Below are positions 1 to 11,243 of a DNA stretch of 64,000 bases, in pieces. Positions within the stretch are counted from its first letter, which is position 1. Every line of letters starts with the position of its first letter. Origin of the DNA: Podospora anserina. Its lineage: Eukaryota. The stretch spans positions 434,001-498,000 of the forward strand of contig CM030333.1 of assembly GCA_017654855.1 (NCBI GenBank). The letters are read 5' to 3'. The translations under genes and the position numbers were made by a program. Under the pieces are notes generated by a model. It was not told where the DNA came from. It did no database searches and was given only the letters and a program-made list of their open reading frames with translations.

Positions 1-6
1 AAGCCA

Positions 7-1863
7 ATGAACGTGAGCATCAACGGCGACATCATCAAACTGCCCAACAAGTACTCTTTGGATGTTACCCCTGTTGACATCCAAGAGCCAGACGCTGCTT
101 GCTTTATGAACAGGGAACACGGCGAGATCCTGGCCACTCTCAAGCTCCTCAAGCCCAAGGCCCGCTTACGCCGTATGAAGTCCGAGCTTCACGAAGAGAG
201 CGTTCTGAAAGATCTGGATGACTTCTTGTCCCAACAGAGTGGGAAGCCTCCAAAGGTCGTCGCGGCAAGCAAGGAAGCTCAACGCCAAAACCGTAGGTCA
301 TCGGGGCATTGGAGCAGCCATGACTCTGGAATCTCAACCAGTTCTGAAACCTCTGGCCTTCAGAAAGAGATGCCTTTAGGGGCACATCACCGAACACCTG
401 CGGAAGGTCACCGCTTTCAGACACTACTCAGCCGCCTACACTTGACCACGGAGACAAGAGAAGCTTCCCAGCCGCCGACAGCACCTGATCATGCTGAGAC
501 GTCGAAGAGCCATGCTCAGGTGGTGGATCCTGCAATTATCGCCGCAAAGGTCAAAGACGAAGAGCGCGAGGAGACGCCCGACAACTCGGAAAGGGGCGCG
601 CGCGAAGGTACCTTTTTCGGAAGGGATTCTACCTTGCTGTTTGGGAAGGGTAAATGGGCGCAAAAATCACACGATTCTGGCTATTCAACATTCCATTTCA
701 TGAAGCAGGGCACACAAGAACCAACAAGGCCCAAGGCGGTCGAGCATTTTGGTCCTACGGTTCAGAAGCGCAAAGAAGATTCAACATCATGTTCAACCAC
801 CTCAACCAAGTTGAATCCCACAGCTGCCGAATTCAAGTCGGTCACCAAAGGTGACCTCAAGTCAGGGGTGAAGAGCGATTTCAAGCCCGCGCCTGCAGCT
901 TATCCTGCCCCTCCCTGGACTCCAAAAAGACGGACACGGCCTTTACTCAACAATATCTTTCCTGGTGTACTGGAAGATCCCGGTTTCATGGCCCAGACAG
1001 TGCCATTTGTGGCAAACGATTGTCTTCAAGGTAGTCCATGGCAGACAAGTGGTCCTCCAACAGGGCCAGTGTGGGTGGCTGAACCGGGACAGCCTATCCC
1101 AGAGATGGCCTTCCAACCACCAGTAGCACCAATAGCAATGGCACCTCTTCCCATTGTTGATCCAGTTACGCAGCAGTTGGTCCCACCACCCTTCGCTCCT
1201 CCGCCCAGCAACTTTGGAACCTTCCCGCCTTCCGGAATCGCTCCTATTGCCAGCCAGATGCCAGGTCCCAACCCCGTATTTAGCACGCTTCCTCCATTGC
1301 GGCCTCCCCCAGCCCCCAGACCAAGATTTTCTCAGCCTATCCCGATTCCTCCTGGGCAAAGAGCCCCTATGCCCGCCGTGCCGAATGCAACTAGCTTCCA
1401 AGCACCTACTCTATACGGTCCAACTCTTGTTGCCGGTCCACCGCCTCCTTTGGCCTAGGATGGCAAGGGACCACGACCGGTATTTCCCGTCACCCAGAAA
1501 CCACGAGACCATGACCCTGTGAAGCAGCAGGCATATGAATCGTATCTGGAGTGGCGAAAGGCCAATGAGCCTGGCTATCACATGAAGTGCAAAATGCGTC
1601 AAGCACACCGTGTGGTTCGTCAATACCAGCAACAGGCGCAGACTGCTGACTGGAAGACCGTAGCTGGGCAGGCCAAAGCAGCAGCTGGAGCGTTGGAAGC
1701 ACATGCAGCCGAGGAAAAGAGGAGGTCAAAAGAAGCAGCTCTCAAGGAGCAATTCAAAATGAGTGTGAAGAGGGTAGCAGAGTCCTCTGGAGCCACGGAG
1801 ATAAAGGAACAAACACTTCCGGACACGAATAATGAAAAGCAAACACAAACATTGGTCATATAA
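7..1863 (+). CDS. Hypothetical Pro/Ser-rich protein with an in-frame TAG at 1456-1458; the 5' end may lie upstream of the window
   Basis: ORF 7-1458 and ORF 1519-1863 are in the same frame, separated only by TAG (GCC TAG GAT GGC AAG...). The downstream part has a protein-like motif, QKPRDHDPVKQQAYESYLEWRKANEPGYHMKCKMRQ. The frame is open from base 1. Confidence 0.75.
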
Positions 1864-2392
1864 AGCACACGATGACGAAAAGAGGGATATGCCCGTTTGC
1901 TCCGGAATACGATTCTTGTCATTTCGAAAGCTCGCTCGCTCAGGACAATTCTTTTCAACAGTTAGCAACCTTCGTTTCCGTTCCCCATCTTATTATATTG
2001 ACTTCGATCATCTCAGCTCAGCAAACAGACATAGCTACGATCCTTCTTTTTCAGCATGAACCCGGTGTTCTATAGACAAGGAATGAGTTATTTTACCGTT
2101 TGCTTTGGAGAATCAGAGGTAGCTTTACCGGGGGAGCTTCAGGAAATCATGTTATCCATTGAATGGTTATGGACTTTATGTCCTGATGGCGCAATTTGCT
2201 TTTTCTTTTTCGTTTCGGTTTGACTTATCCAGCTACATCAGCAGAGGAATCAAACATGGATAGTACGTGACTCGGGAGGTTGGCTAGGTATTCCGCTTGA
2301 CCGAGAGTTATACAGCACAACAGAGTTTAATATTGGTAGTTTGGTTGTGCCAGCAGTGGTGATTATGTGACGGGTGTAACACGATGACCTTG

Positions 2393-3944
2393 TCATTCGC
2401 CATCAGCCGGACCCGAGAAATAAGCCCCCTCCCAGCCACCACAGTCTTCCAATTTGGCTCCTTGTCTCGCTCTGTTGATCCTCTCTTCCGTGATCTTGAA
2501 TTCCTCGGGAAGTCTTGCATGTCCTTGTCCTGATTCTGGCAAACCCAGCATCTGGGCCGCCACAGCTCTGGCAGAGAGAGCAGCAGATGGCATGCCATGC
2601 CCGGTGTACCCAGCACACACCCATATTCCCCTGTGGGAGGGAACCTCTCCCACCCAGGCATTAGAGTCACGAGAGTAACCCATCACGCCCGTCCACTCGT
2701 ATGTTGCGGGTAACTCTTCGTCTTTTCCACCCAAGTCCAGCGGAGGAGAGAGGTTCGACCTCAGATAGTGAGCCACTTTCAGCTCGAGCTCATCATCGTT
2801 GTATTGTCCCAGTCCGAGCCGCAGTGCCAACCGACGACCTCCACCGTAGATCATCTCGCCTCCTGAGTCGGGGGTCAACACTGGTCTCTGAACGAGATAG
2901 TCGTCTCTCGGTGCGTGTTGGCCCTTCTCGGGGTCGGCGGCGAAGAGGTAGGAGTGGGTGAGGGTTTGGACTGGGGATGGGGGGACGATGGCGCTTATCT
3001 GGCCGCGGACGGGGACGATGAGGTCGGAGAAGGAGGGGAGGAGGTGGGAGGTGTACCCGTTTGTTGCTAGGAGGACTTTTGGGGTGGTGAGGGTGCCGCG
3101 GGGGGTGAGGATTTGGTGTTTACCGGGGGAGGAGGGGGAGGGGGAGAGGGAGAGGACGGGGGTGTTGGTTTGGAGGTTGAAGTTTGGGTTGGGGAGGAGG
3201 GAGGTGAGGATGTGGGCGATTAGTTTGTAGGGCCAGAGGGAGGCGGCGGTTTTTTGGATGATGGCGCCGTGGCAGTTGGGGGCTCTGAGGCGGGCTAGTT
3301 TGGATGGGTTGGTTGGGAGGATTACTTCTAGCTGGGAGGCGAGAAAGGGGTGGGTTTTGGTGAGGGAGTCGATTTGAGCAACAGCAGTTTGGAAGAGGGG
3401 GGTTGACATGAAGGCGTGGACGCCGCCGGAGAGGGTTATCCTGTGGTGATGGGGTTAGTTTGGGGGGAAATATTGGTAAGAGATATGAGAAGGGATATAC
3501 CAGTCACAGTCGATGTTTTCATCCCTTACTAATCTTTCAAGAAAAGAAAAGGTTTCCAACTCAAAAGCAGCAACGGCTGGGTGGGTGCCATAGACGAGAG
3601 GCTGGCAGTGGCCTCCATTCTGATGGAACTGTTAGAATTATCATGTAAAACTCATCAGATAAGTCAGTCCAGGCACACACCCTTCCTGTGGCACCACCAC
3701 AGGCCTCCCTCGCCTCGAGCATCACAACCTTCTTGTTACAGGAATAATCCTGCAGAAGAGACCTCGCGGCAAAGGCACCGGTTATACCACTCCCGATAAT
3801 CACAATGTCTGCTTCCTCTGGCAGATCTGGTGTTGATCGATGTCCCAAAAGCAGGGTATTCGGTTCACGAAGCCAGTAAGAAGAGGTCGGGTTGGCAGAG
3901 GGAAGGCCTGCCTGGTTCGTTCTGGGGCCGGTGTCGGAGGCCAT
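2393..3944 (-). CDS. FAD-dependent oxidoreductase (DAO-like family), 3 exons: 3944-3681, 3619-3501, 3440-2393
   Basis: N-terminal IVIIGSGITG dinucleotide-binding motif, EAREACGGATGR|NGGHCQP across intron 1, LLATNGY, and C-terminal WTGVMGYSRD and AGYTGHGMP. Both introns are GT-AG with a CTAAC branch site and keep the frame. Confidence 0.92.
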
Positions 3945-4450
3945 CTTGACTGGTCAATGTTGCTGTTTGTTAAGGTTGTTGAACCGCCTCCAGCTAATAT
4001 AACTCGTATCAGAAAGCCGTGTTGAGATGAGACTACGCGAATATGAAATCCCTCATCCCAAATGTTCAGATGAGACTGAGACGGAGACTGAAAGCTAATG
4101 CACTGACGGCATGACATGACATACAGCAGAGGTTCTCCACTTTTCCAACCCCTTTCCAATTGGAGTCTATTAGTCAAGATGGTACCTTGTATTGAGCAAC
4201 AGCTAATCGCTGCGACATGTAGCAATATAACAACAATAACAAGACACCCATATAAAGCTCCTGGATATGCATTCATCAACTCAGTCTACACCACCTGAGA
4301 TATCCCGCCTGCCCGCTGACGCTCTAGCGTAGTACAATACGCGGAGGTTCCGCCCATCCAAAGGGTCTTCCATCTTCATTACAAAATCAATGCAGTCTAC
4401 TCCTCCCTGGGTATAACAACCTTTATCTTCTTCAATTTGCTCTGAAATGC

Positions 4451-6016
4451 CTATGGATTCAGCTGGACGTAGTTGCCTAACGACACAATAGGGTTAGCTG
4501 CGAACACTCAAGTCGGTCCTTGGATGGACATAGAAACGTACCAGGAAATTGCCCTTGCTTCCCATGAACCTTGCCGGTCCACCATTCATTCTCATTATTG
4601 GTTCTTGATACAATCTCAATCACGTCGCCCGCCCGGAAACTGAGATCGCCCTCAGCCTGCGCCGAATAATCGTAGAGTGCCGTTACCGTTTCCACCTTGG
4701 CCACCGAGGCGCCGGCAAGATTCTTTGGCTTGGGCTTGGGCGGTGGGGGCTTCGACTTGGCTGCGGCGGCCAGCGACATTGGGCTTTTTTGCGCTGGCGA
4801 AATCATGGCAGGAGAGACGGGAGCAGAAGAATATGGAGGGGGTGGTTGTTCGCCACCGTCATTTTCCTGAGATCGCCATGTTGGCCGTAGAGAGGATACT
4901 GCAGGCGCTTTGGTTGCGGAGGCTTCACCATTTGTCGCCGCATAAGGGAAGGGCGAAGGCGAGGGCGCAGATGTCGAGGCTGAAGCTGATGGTCCTGCTG
5001 TGAGCAAGCCCGCTGCTGCTGGCTTTGCCGCGATGGCTGGTCGCGGAGGCCCATACTTGGGTGGCCGCCTTTGACCAGTCGTCTTGAACTTGACAATAGA
5101 GAGTGCCTCAGCTCGCTCTTGGACGTCGCCGCGTTTCGCAAGGAAAGCCTCCTCGACGTCCAGTGTCAAGTCGAAGTATCCTATGTCGACACGCTGCATG
5201 CGTTCGTGGAGAGTGTAAAAGATGTTGAGCTGCATGTAGTAGAAAGACTGGAACAGAGGCTGGATGAAATCGCGCTCGAGCGCAAAGAGCTTGGGGAGCT
5301 CGTCTTTGAGCAGATCGTTGAAGTAGTTAAATTCCTGTGTCGACTGCTCGACGTCATTCTCAGCCTTCCACATGGCCTTCTCGTCCTTGGCCGACCTTTC
5401 CTTCTTTTCCTGGAGCTTCTTGAGGGTGGTGCGGTGTCGGTCGTAGTCCAACTTCTTGTGCTCGCGCTTGGTTGCTGTTTTTCGAATGGCCTTGATCACA
5501 TCCATGAGTTCCTGCGCCGGTCTGACAACCCGCGTGTCAATCATCTCCAGCTCGGGGGCCAGAGTCTCCTGCAAGTCCCGTACAACGGCCTCATACTCCT
5601 CGCACGCCCGGATGCCGTCCAAGTTCTCTTGCGCAATCAACGAGTCAGGATCCGACATGCGGCCACTAATGGGCTTGTAGATCTCGGTCATTGCTTTGGA
5701 AAACTCGATCTGGTGGTTGAGCATGCCGTTGATGGCCTCGAAGTACTTTTTGCTTTCATCGTGGAGGTTCTTGGTCTCGGCCTCAAGTTCTTGGAATCGT
5801 CGTTCGGCATCGATATAGACGGGGTCTTTGGTGTTCTCGCCGACATTGAACTTTGCCTTGAACTGTTGGGGGGCCTAAAGCAACACAGAAACACAAGAGT
5901 CAGCATCATACTCCCCCTCCTCCTTCATCACCACAAGAGCTCTCCTCGAGGAAACACGGATGCTGCGGGGCAGAACCTACTCGAATAAGGCCCTTCTGGA
6001 AACCCCTGAAACTCAT
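4451..6016 (-). CDS. RVS167: Amphiphysin-like N-BAR + SH3 endocytosis protein, 3 exons: 6016-5981, 5874-4542, 4476-4451
   Basis: Starts MSFRGFQKGLIR|APQQFKAKFNVGENTKDPVYIDAERRFQELE, closely matching yeast Rvs167 as recalled. It has a Pro/Ala linker and an SH3 domain (ALYDYSAQAEGDLSF...WWTG...GQFP|GNYVQL). Confidence 0.93.
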
Positions 6017-6827
6017 TCTTAGTTACTGCTGAATTGTTGTCTCGTTCGATAAGGTCTGATCGGGGCTAAGAGTGCTGCTAGAAGCAATACGGAGCGTCGC
6101 CGGCGGTGTGAGAGTTGAGAATGGGAAGAGTAAGCTTGGCGGCTGTGTCGACAAAGGTTGGTTGTGGTTGATGATGGCTCTCGGGAGACGGATGATGACG
6201 ATGGCCCGGGGGCTCAGCGGGCGTCACTCCAGCTCCTTGGCAGATGAAATCCAATGAAAGACGGGCCAAGTGGGCGCTGCAACGGCACCGAAACCCGATT
6301 TCAAGCCTCTCGCCAAGCCAAGGATGCCCTAATTTGTTTTGTCACTGCCCGCCGGGGATTACGGTCAGGATTATGTATTAGTGGGCCCGGTGGTGATACC
6401 CAAAAGAAAATGATATCAGATAGTTTATTGGAGGCCTTCAGTTCGAGATAGGTAGCTGCACTATGTACGCAGTAGAGGTGTCAAAGGGACAGACAGAACC
6501 GGCAGCGCAGCTAAGAGACACCTGCCCCACCCGGCATGCGGTTCTTCTGCGACCTTCGTCATTCCTGAAAACGTTCTCAGCTTCGTCATGCGCCACCGCC
6601 GTGACCGGCAGAATGCGGGGCAGCGCCGTGCAACAGCCACAGAGCGAACAAAGCGTGGGGAAAGGTCTTCGCTGATTGGCCACTTGATTATCATTCGAAA
6701 AGACTGCCGCCCAGCATTTGGGTTATCCATGGGGCATGGAGAATGCGCAAAATCGGAGCTCCGTCCCGCCCACCGAGAAGGAAACTTTTCTTCCCCTACA
6801 TCTCGCACAACTTTTTTTTCTCGTACC

Positions 6828-8629
6828 ATGGCAACTCTTGCACCATCAGCCATCAGACAGGCATCTCGCTTGGCATCCAAGTCGGCCCTCACTGCTGCAC
6901 CCCGTCATGGCCTCCAGCAGCTATCACGAGTAGCATCCGCGCCTGTCCAGCGCACTGCTGGCAAGAAGAGGAGCTATGTGACCGAGTCGAAGCGGGATAA
7001 CGCCCAGGTCCAAACCGAAACCGCCATCCGTCTCGACAGGAAGGAGCTGGAGAAATCCGGACTCACCATCACCTCCGAGAATGGCTCGACCGAGCATGTC
7101 AGCCCAATGGCTGGTAGGTCTTTTCCCATTACGACTCGATATCTCGGCTCTAGCATGCTAACTCCGAGCTCGCAGATGTCCTGAAGGCGGCGACCATAAT
7201 GGATGAAGGCCAACGGCCCATCTATATGGATATGCAGGCCACAACTCCACTGGACCCCCGCGTGCTTGATGCCATGATGCCCTACTACACAGGCTTTTAT
7301 GGCAACCCACATTCCAGGACGCACGCGTACGGATGGGAGAGCGAGAAGGCGGTCGAAGATGCGAGACAACATATTGCCAGCCTTATCGGGGCCGATCCCA
7401 AGGAAATCATTTTCACCAGCGGAGCCACGGAAAGCAACAATATGAGCATCAAGGGTGTCGCCAGATTTTTCGGCAGGTCCGGCAAGAAGAAGCACATCAT
7501 TACCAGTCAGACCGAGCACAAGTGTGTGCTTGATAGCTGCAGGCATCTCCAAGACGAAGGGTTTGAGGTGACATATCTTCCCGTCGAGTCCAGCGGTCTC
7601 ATCAACCTTGACAAACTGAAGGCCGCCATCCGCCCCGACACAATGCTCGTCAGCATCATGTCGGTAAACAACGAGATCGGTGTCATTCAACCCATCGAGG
7701 AGATTGGCAAGATTTGCCGGGCCAACAAGGTCTTCTTCCACACAGATGCTGCTCAAGCAGTGGGCAAGATTCCTCTGGATGTCAACGCGATGAACATTGA
7801 TCTGATGTCCATCTCTTCCCACAAGATCTACGGCCCCAAGGGAATTGGAGCTTGCTATGTCCGCCGGCGGCCGAGAGTGAGAATTGACCCCATCATCAGC
7901 GGTGGTGGCCAGGAGAGAGGTCTTCGTAGCGGCACGCTGGCTCCCGCCCTTGTTGTTGGGTTTGGTGAGGCGTGCCGCATCGCAAAGGAAGAAATGAAGG
8001 TATGTCTCAACTTTTTCCATGGTTCGCGTTACACATACACATCCCCTGGTTTCACCTGATGATCTGCTCATACATGCATGGCTTTCTGAAGTCCGTGACA
8101 AGACTGTACTGTTGAGAGACAGCGCCTTTTCTGATTGAAACCTTCCCTTCTTTCTCTTTTGACACAACCGAATATTTTGCTTAGGTGGAGCTAACAGGCA
8201 AAACAGTATGATTCGCAGAGAATCAAGTTCCTTTCCGACCGGTTACTCAACGGTCTCCTGTCGATGGAACACACGAGCCAGAACGGTGACCCGAACCACT
8301 TTTATCCCGGCTGCGTCAATGTCTCGTTCGCCTATGTCGAGGGTGAATCCCTGCTTATGGCGCTCAAGGACATTGCCTTGTCTTCGGGCAGTGCCTGCAC
8401 CTCGGCATCGCTGGAGCCCAGCTACGTATTACGAGCCCTGGGCAACAGCGACGAGAGTGCGCACTCCAGTATCCGGTTCGGTATCGGCCGGTTCACCACG
8501 GAGCAAGAGATCGATTACGTCCTGAAGGCGGTGACAGAGCGTGTGGGCTTCCTTCGCGAGCTGAGTCCTCTGTGGGAGCTTGTCCAGGAGGGTGTCGACC
8601 TCAACACGATTGAGTGGAGTCAGCACTAA
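6828..8629 (+). CDS. NFS1: Mitochondrial cysteine desulfurase, 3 exons: 6828-7113, 7176-7999, 8207-8629
   Basis: [39 protein letters not shown] (PLP lysine), RRRPR and SSGSACTS (catalytic Cys). Arg/Ser/Ala-rich presequence and canonical introns. Confidence 0.97.
8048..8142 (+). ncRNA. Intronic box C/D snoRNA in NFS1 intron 2
   Basis: Terminal stem GGTTTCA (8048-8054) / TGAAACC (8136-8142), box C TGATGA (8057-8062), D' CTGA (8086-8089) and box D CTGA (8131-8134). The guide ACATGCATGGCTT (8072-8084) is complementary to conserved 18S AAGCCAUGCAUGU. The host intron is 207 nt, the longest seen in this window. Confidence 0.88.
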
Positions 8630-10100
8630 GCATGGAGCGGCTGTTTTCTTGCGTTGGAAATTGTTCATTTGGGCGGGCTGGGAGTGTAAAAGCAACAGCA
8701 GCCACCACAACACCTGTATAATACGTGTATCTACCTACTGCGCAGAATGATACCATGGGGAGCTAACAGCACCCTCACGATGAAATGACTCCCTATTACT
8801 GGTCCCGAGTTGAGCTTGACTTTGCTGCGTTCCCCTTTGCTGCGACTTGTGTTTTGACTGGGCGATCTCCCCCTGCTATTCGGTCCTTTGAGACTTGATC
8901 GCTGACCCAAGGCGTCGAATGACCAGATTTCTCACAGGACAGACTTGACGACATGAACATGTATCGTCGTATATGGGATGGAAGTTGGCTGCTTAATATC
9001 CGACCTTATCTTCTTTGTGTGTTCTCGCCCCCGTCGAGATGGTTCTAGATTGTAGTCACTCTCGGACGCCCGTAGTTTGTTCAAATTAGAAGCACGACTG
9101 GTCGCGATTGCTGGATAGCCTGGGAGTGGGGTGGCGTTGACATGGTCTCGATGATGTTGAATGCTCATTGCGAAACATTTGGGTGGTGGTAGTGTTGTTG
9201 TTTTACGGGGGGCGGAACGTGTGTGGCTCAGACTGGACGTCCTTTGTGGCTAATCCACGTAGTGGTCAGGCGTTGTATGTATAGAGCTGGCGTATAAAAT
9301 TGTAAAGTTATCGTGGACGGCAAAGAAGGCATGCAGGGTAGGTTGCTGGTGTGCCGAGCCAGATGGTTGCCAGAAAATCCTACTACGAATTGTGTAAATG
9401 CAGGTCAGCCTTGGGAGTGATTTGGCTAGGTGCAGTTACTGTGTACACGCCGCTATCGTACAGTATGCATCGGAGAGAACTGCACTCATACCCTCAGCTG
9501 GGCCCGTATACTGGGTTTCACAGGGAAGAAGTGAGCCTGAGGATTATGGGATCGGGGTGGTGTTGGGTGGCTGTTACGGGGCGAGTGTGGAGATGCAGGG
9601 CATATGGAATAGACAGCTTTTAGGAAGATTGATGATTGAGTGTGATTTTGCGTCGTGTTCTCACGCCAGTGTGGTTACCGGGAGGCCGGGATGAACCGGA
9701 TATAGGGACTGGGCATATATTCTTTACGATGTGTGATTTGCTTAGTTCCGCCGTGTCGGGTCGATCTGAGGGGCGCTGCTCGGGAACGGTAGCCATTTGT
9801 GAGGTTTCGAGATGAACAACTTTCCTCTGGGTACGGATTCAAGAAGAAATCAAACTATATTCCCGGCAGGAGGCCTGTTCGTGTTGATCAGCGCGTGAGG
9901 TGAAATTCAGCCTTTTTTTCGTCTTTATGGTGGAGAGCTGGAAACCATGTTAAATCTATGGGCCGATTGGTAAGACACCATGGGGTTTCTATCGGTAAAG
10001 TACTTTTGTAATTGTATAGCCAGACTGCTCGAAGTAGTGGATACCTGAATTGACAGATAAATTGTAGATGGCCAGCTCCTCAACACCCACTGTGCTTCAC

Positions 10101-10516
10101 TGATGTCATGAAGTTGGGCTAAAATCGTGTACCTATCCTACAACATACTTTCATATGCTGGCAACAACGGCAAACTGAGAGAATGCGGTAGATGCATGCG
10201 CAATCAATTGGAACCATGTGAGGATGAGAGCATTAGTACAGTCTCATTTCTGATTCAGGAGCTTCTGAGCCGCGAGACAGATCTGATAGGGCTGAGGCTG
10301 GTAGGTGCGCAGGGGTCTACGGGCGCGCTAACGAACAGGCGGGGTGCGCGCTATGATGTCACCGCCCATCCCATGACCCCTATGACATCACTCGCAACCT
10401 GAAACACCAAGAACAACATCGTGGACGGCGGAAGGAACTGCTCAGAGAAAGGCAATGACGTGAAGCTACCAGTAGCTTCGGACCTGGCTTTGTTCTTGAC
10501 GTCTGCAAAATATAAG
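10101..10516 (+). promoter_or_regulatory. Cluster of CRE/ATF-like sites and a TATA-like element upstream of the CsbD-like gene
   Basis: TGATGTCA (10101, 10354), TGACATCA (10383), TGACGTGA (10456), TGACGTCT (10497), and TATAAG at about 10511. Confidence 0.45.
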
Positions 10517-10641
10517 ACAGGCTTTTTCTCACCAACAACTCTTCTCTCTCCATCAACCAAACACCTTGAACAGCAATCAATACCTTTGAAGACAAACAAC
10601 ACTCTCAACTTCAACTATTTCCATCGCAAATATCAAACAAC

Positions 10642-11243
10642 ATGTCTACCGATAACACTTCCACTCTCAAGTCCTACGTCGACTCCGCTACCGGAGCCGT
10701 CCAGAACGCTGTCGGTTCCATCATTGGCAGCAACGGCGATCAGGTCGAAGGACAAGCCAAGAAGGAGAAGGCTCAGGCTGAGTACGATGCCTCGCATGCC
10801 ACAGCCAAACTCCCCGGCTTCACAGCTTCTTCGTCCGGCGCCGTGACCAAGGACCATCCCGATCGCAATGCCGGTTCATACAACCAGACTGCCGGTGCTG
10901 CTAAGGAGTTTGTCGGAGGAGTGCTCGGCAATGAGGTATGTTCCTAAAATAAAGGTTGTCTCGCTCGTCACTATGAAGGGGTGCTAATCAGTGTCTGCAG
11001 AGCCTTAAGCAGTCCGGCCGCGAGCAGAACCTTCAAGGTCAAGAGCAAGAAGCCAAGGGCCAAATCAACGACTACGTTTCCGGTGCCGCCGATCGTGCTG
11101 CTGGAACCCTCGGCAGCGGTATTGCCGGCCTGACGGGTGACCGGGTCAAGCAAGCTGAATACCAGGACCAGCACGACACCGGCAAGACTCAGCAACGCGG
11201 AGCCGAACACGACATTGTCAAGCAGGCAGAGGCGAAGCAGTAA
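10642..11243 (+). CDS. CsbD-like small hydrophilic stress protein (often annotated as mismatched base pair/cruciform DNA recognition protein), 2 exons: 10642-10935, 11001-11243
   Basis: Repeated CsbD-like motifs (STLKSYVDSATGAVQNAVGS; GSYNQTAGAAKEFVGGVLGNE|SLKQSGREQNLQGQEQEAKGQ). The GTATGT...GCTAAT...CAG intron keeps the frame to TAA at 11241-11243. Confidence 0.85.

Noticed and set aside
5071-5988. 305-aa plus-strand ORF
   Set aside because: Antisense shadow of RVS167. The same applies to 6974-8167 opposite NFS1 and the ORFs opposite OXP1 and CMR1.
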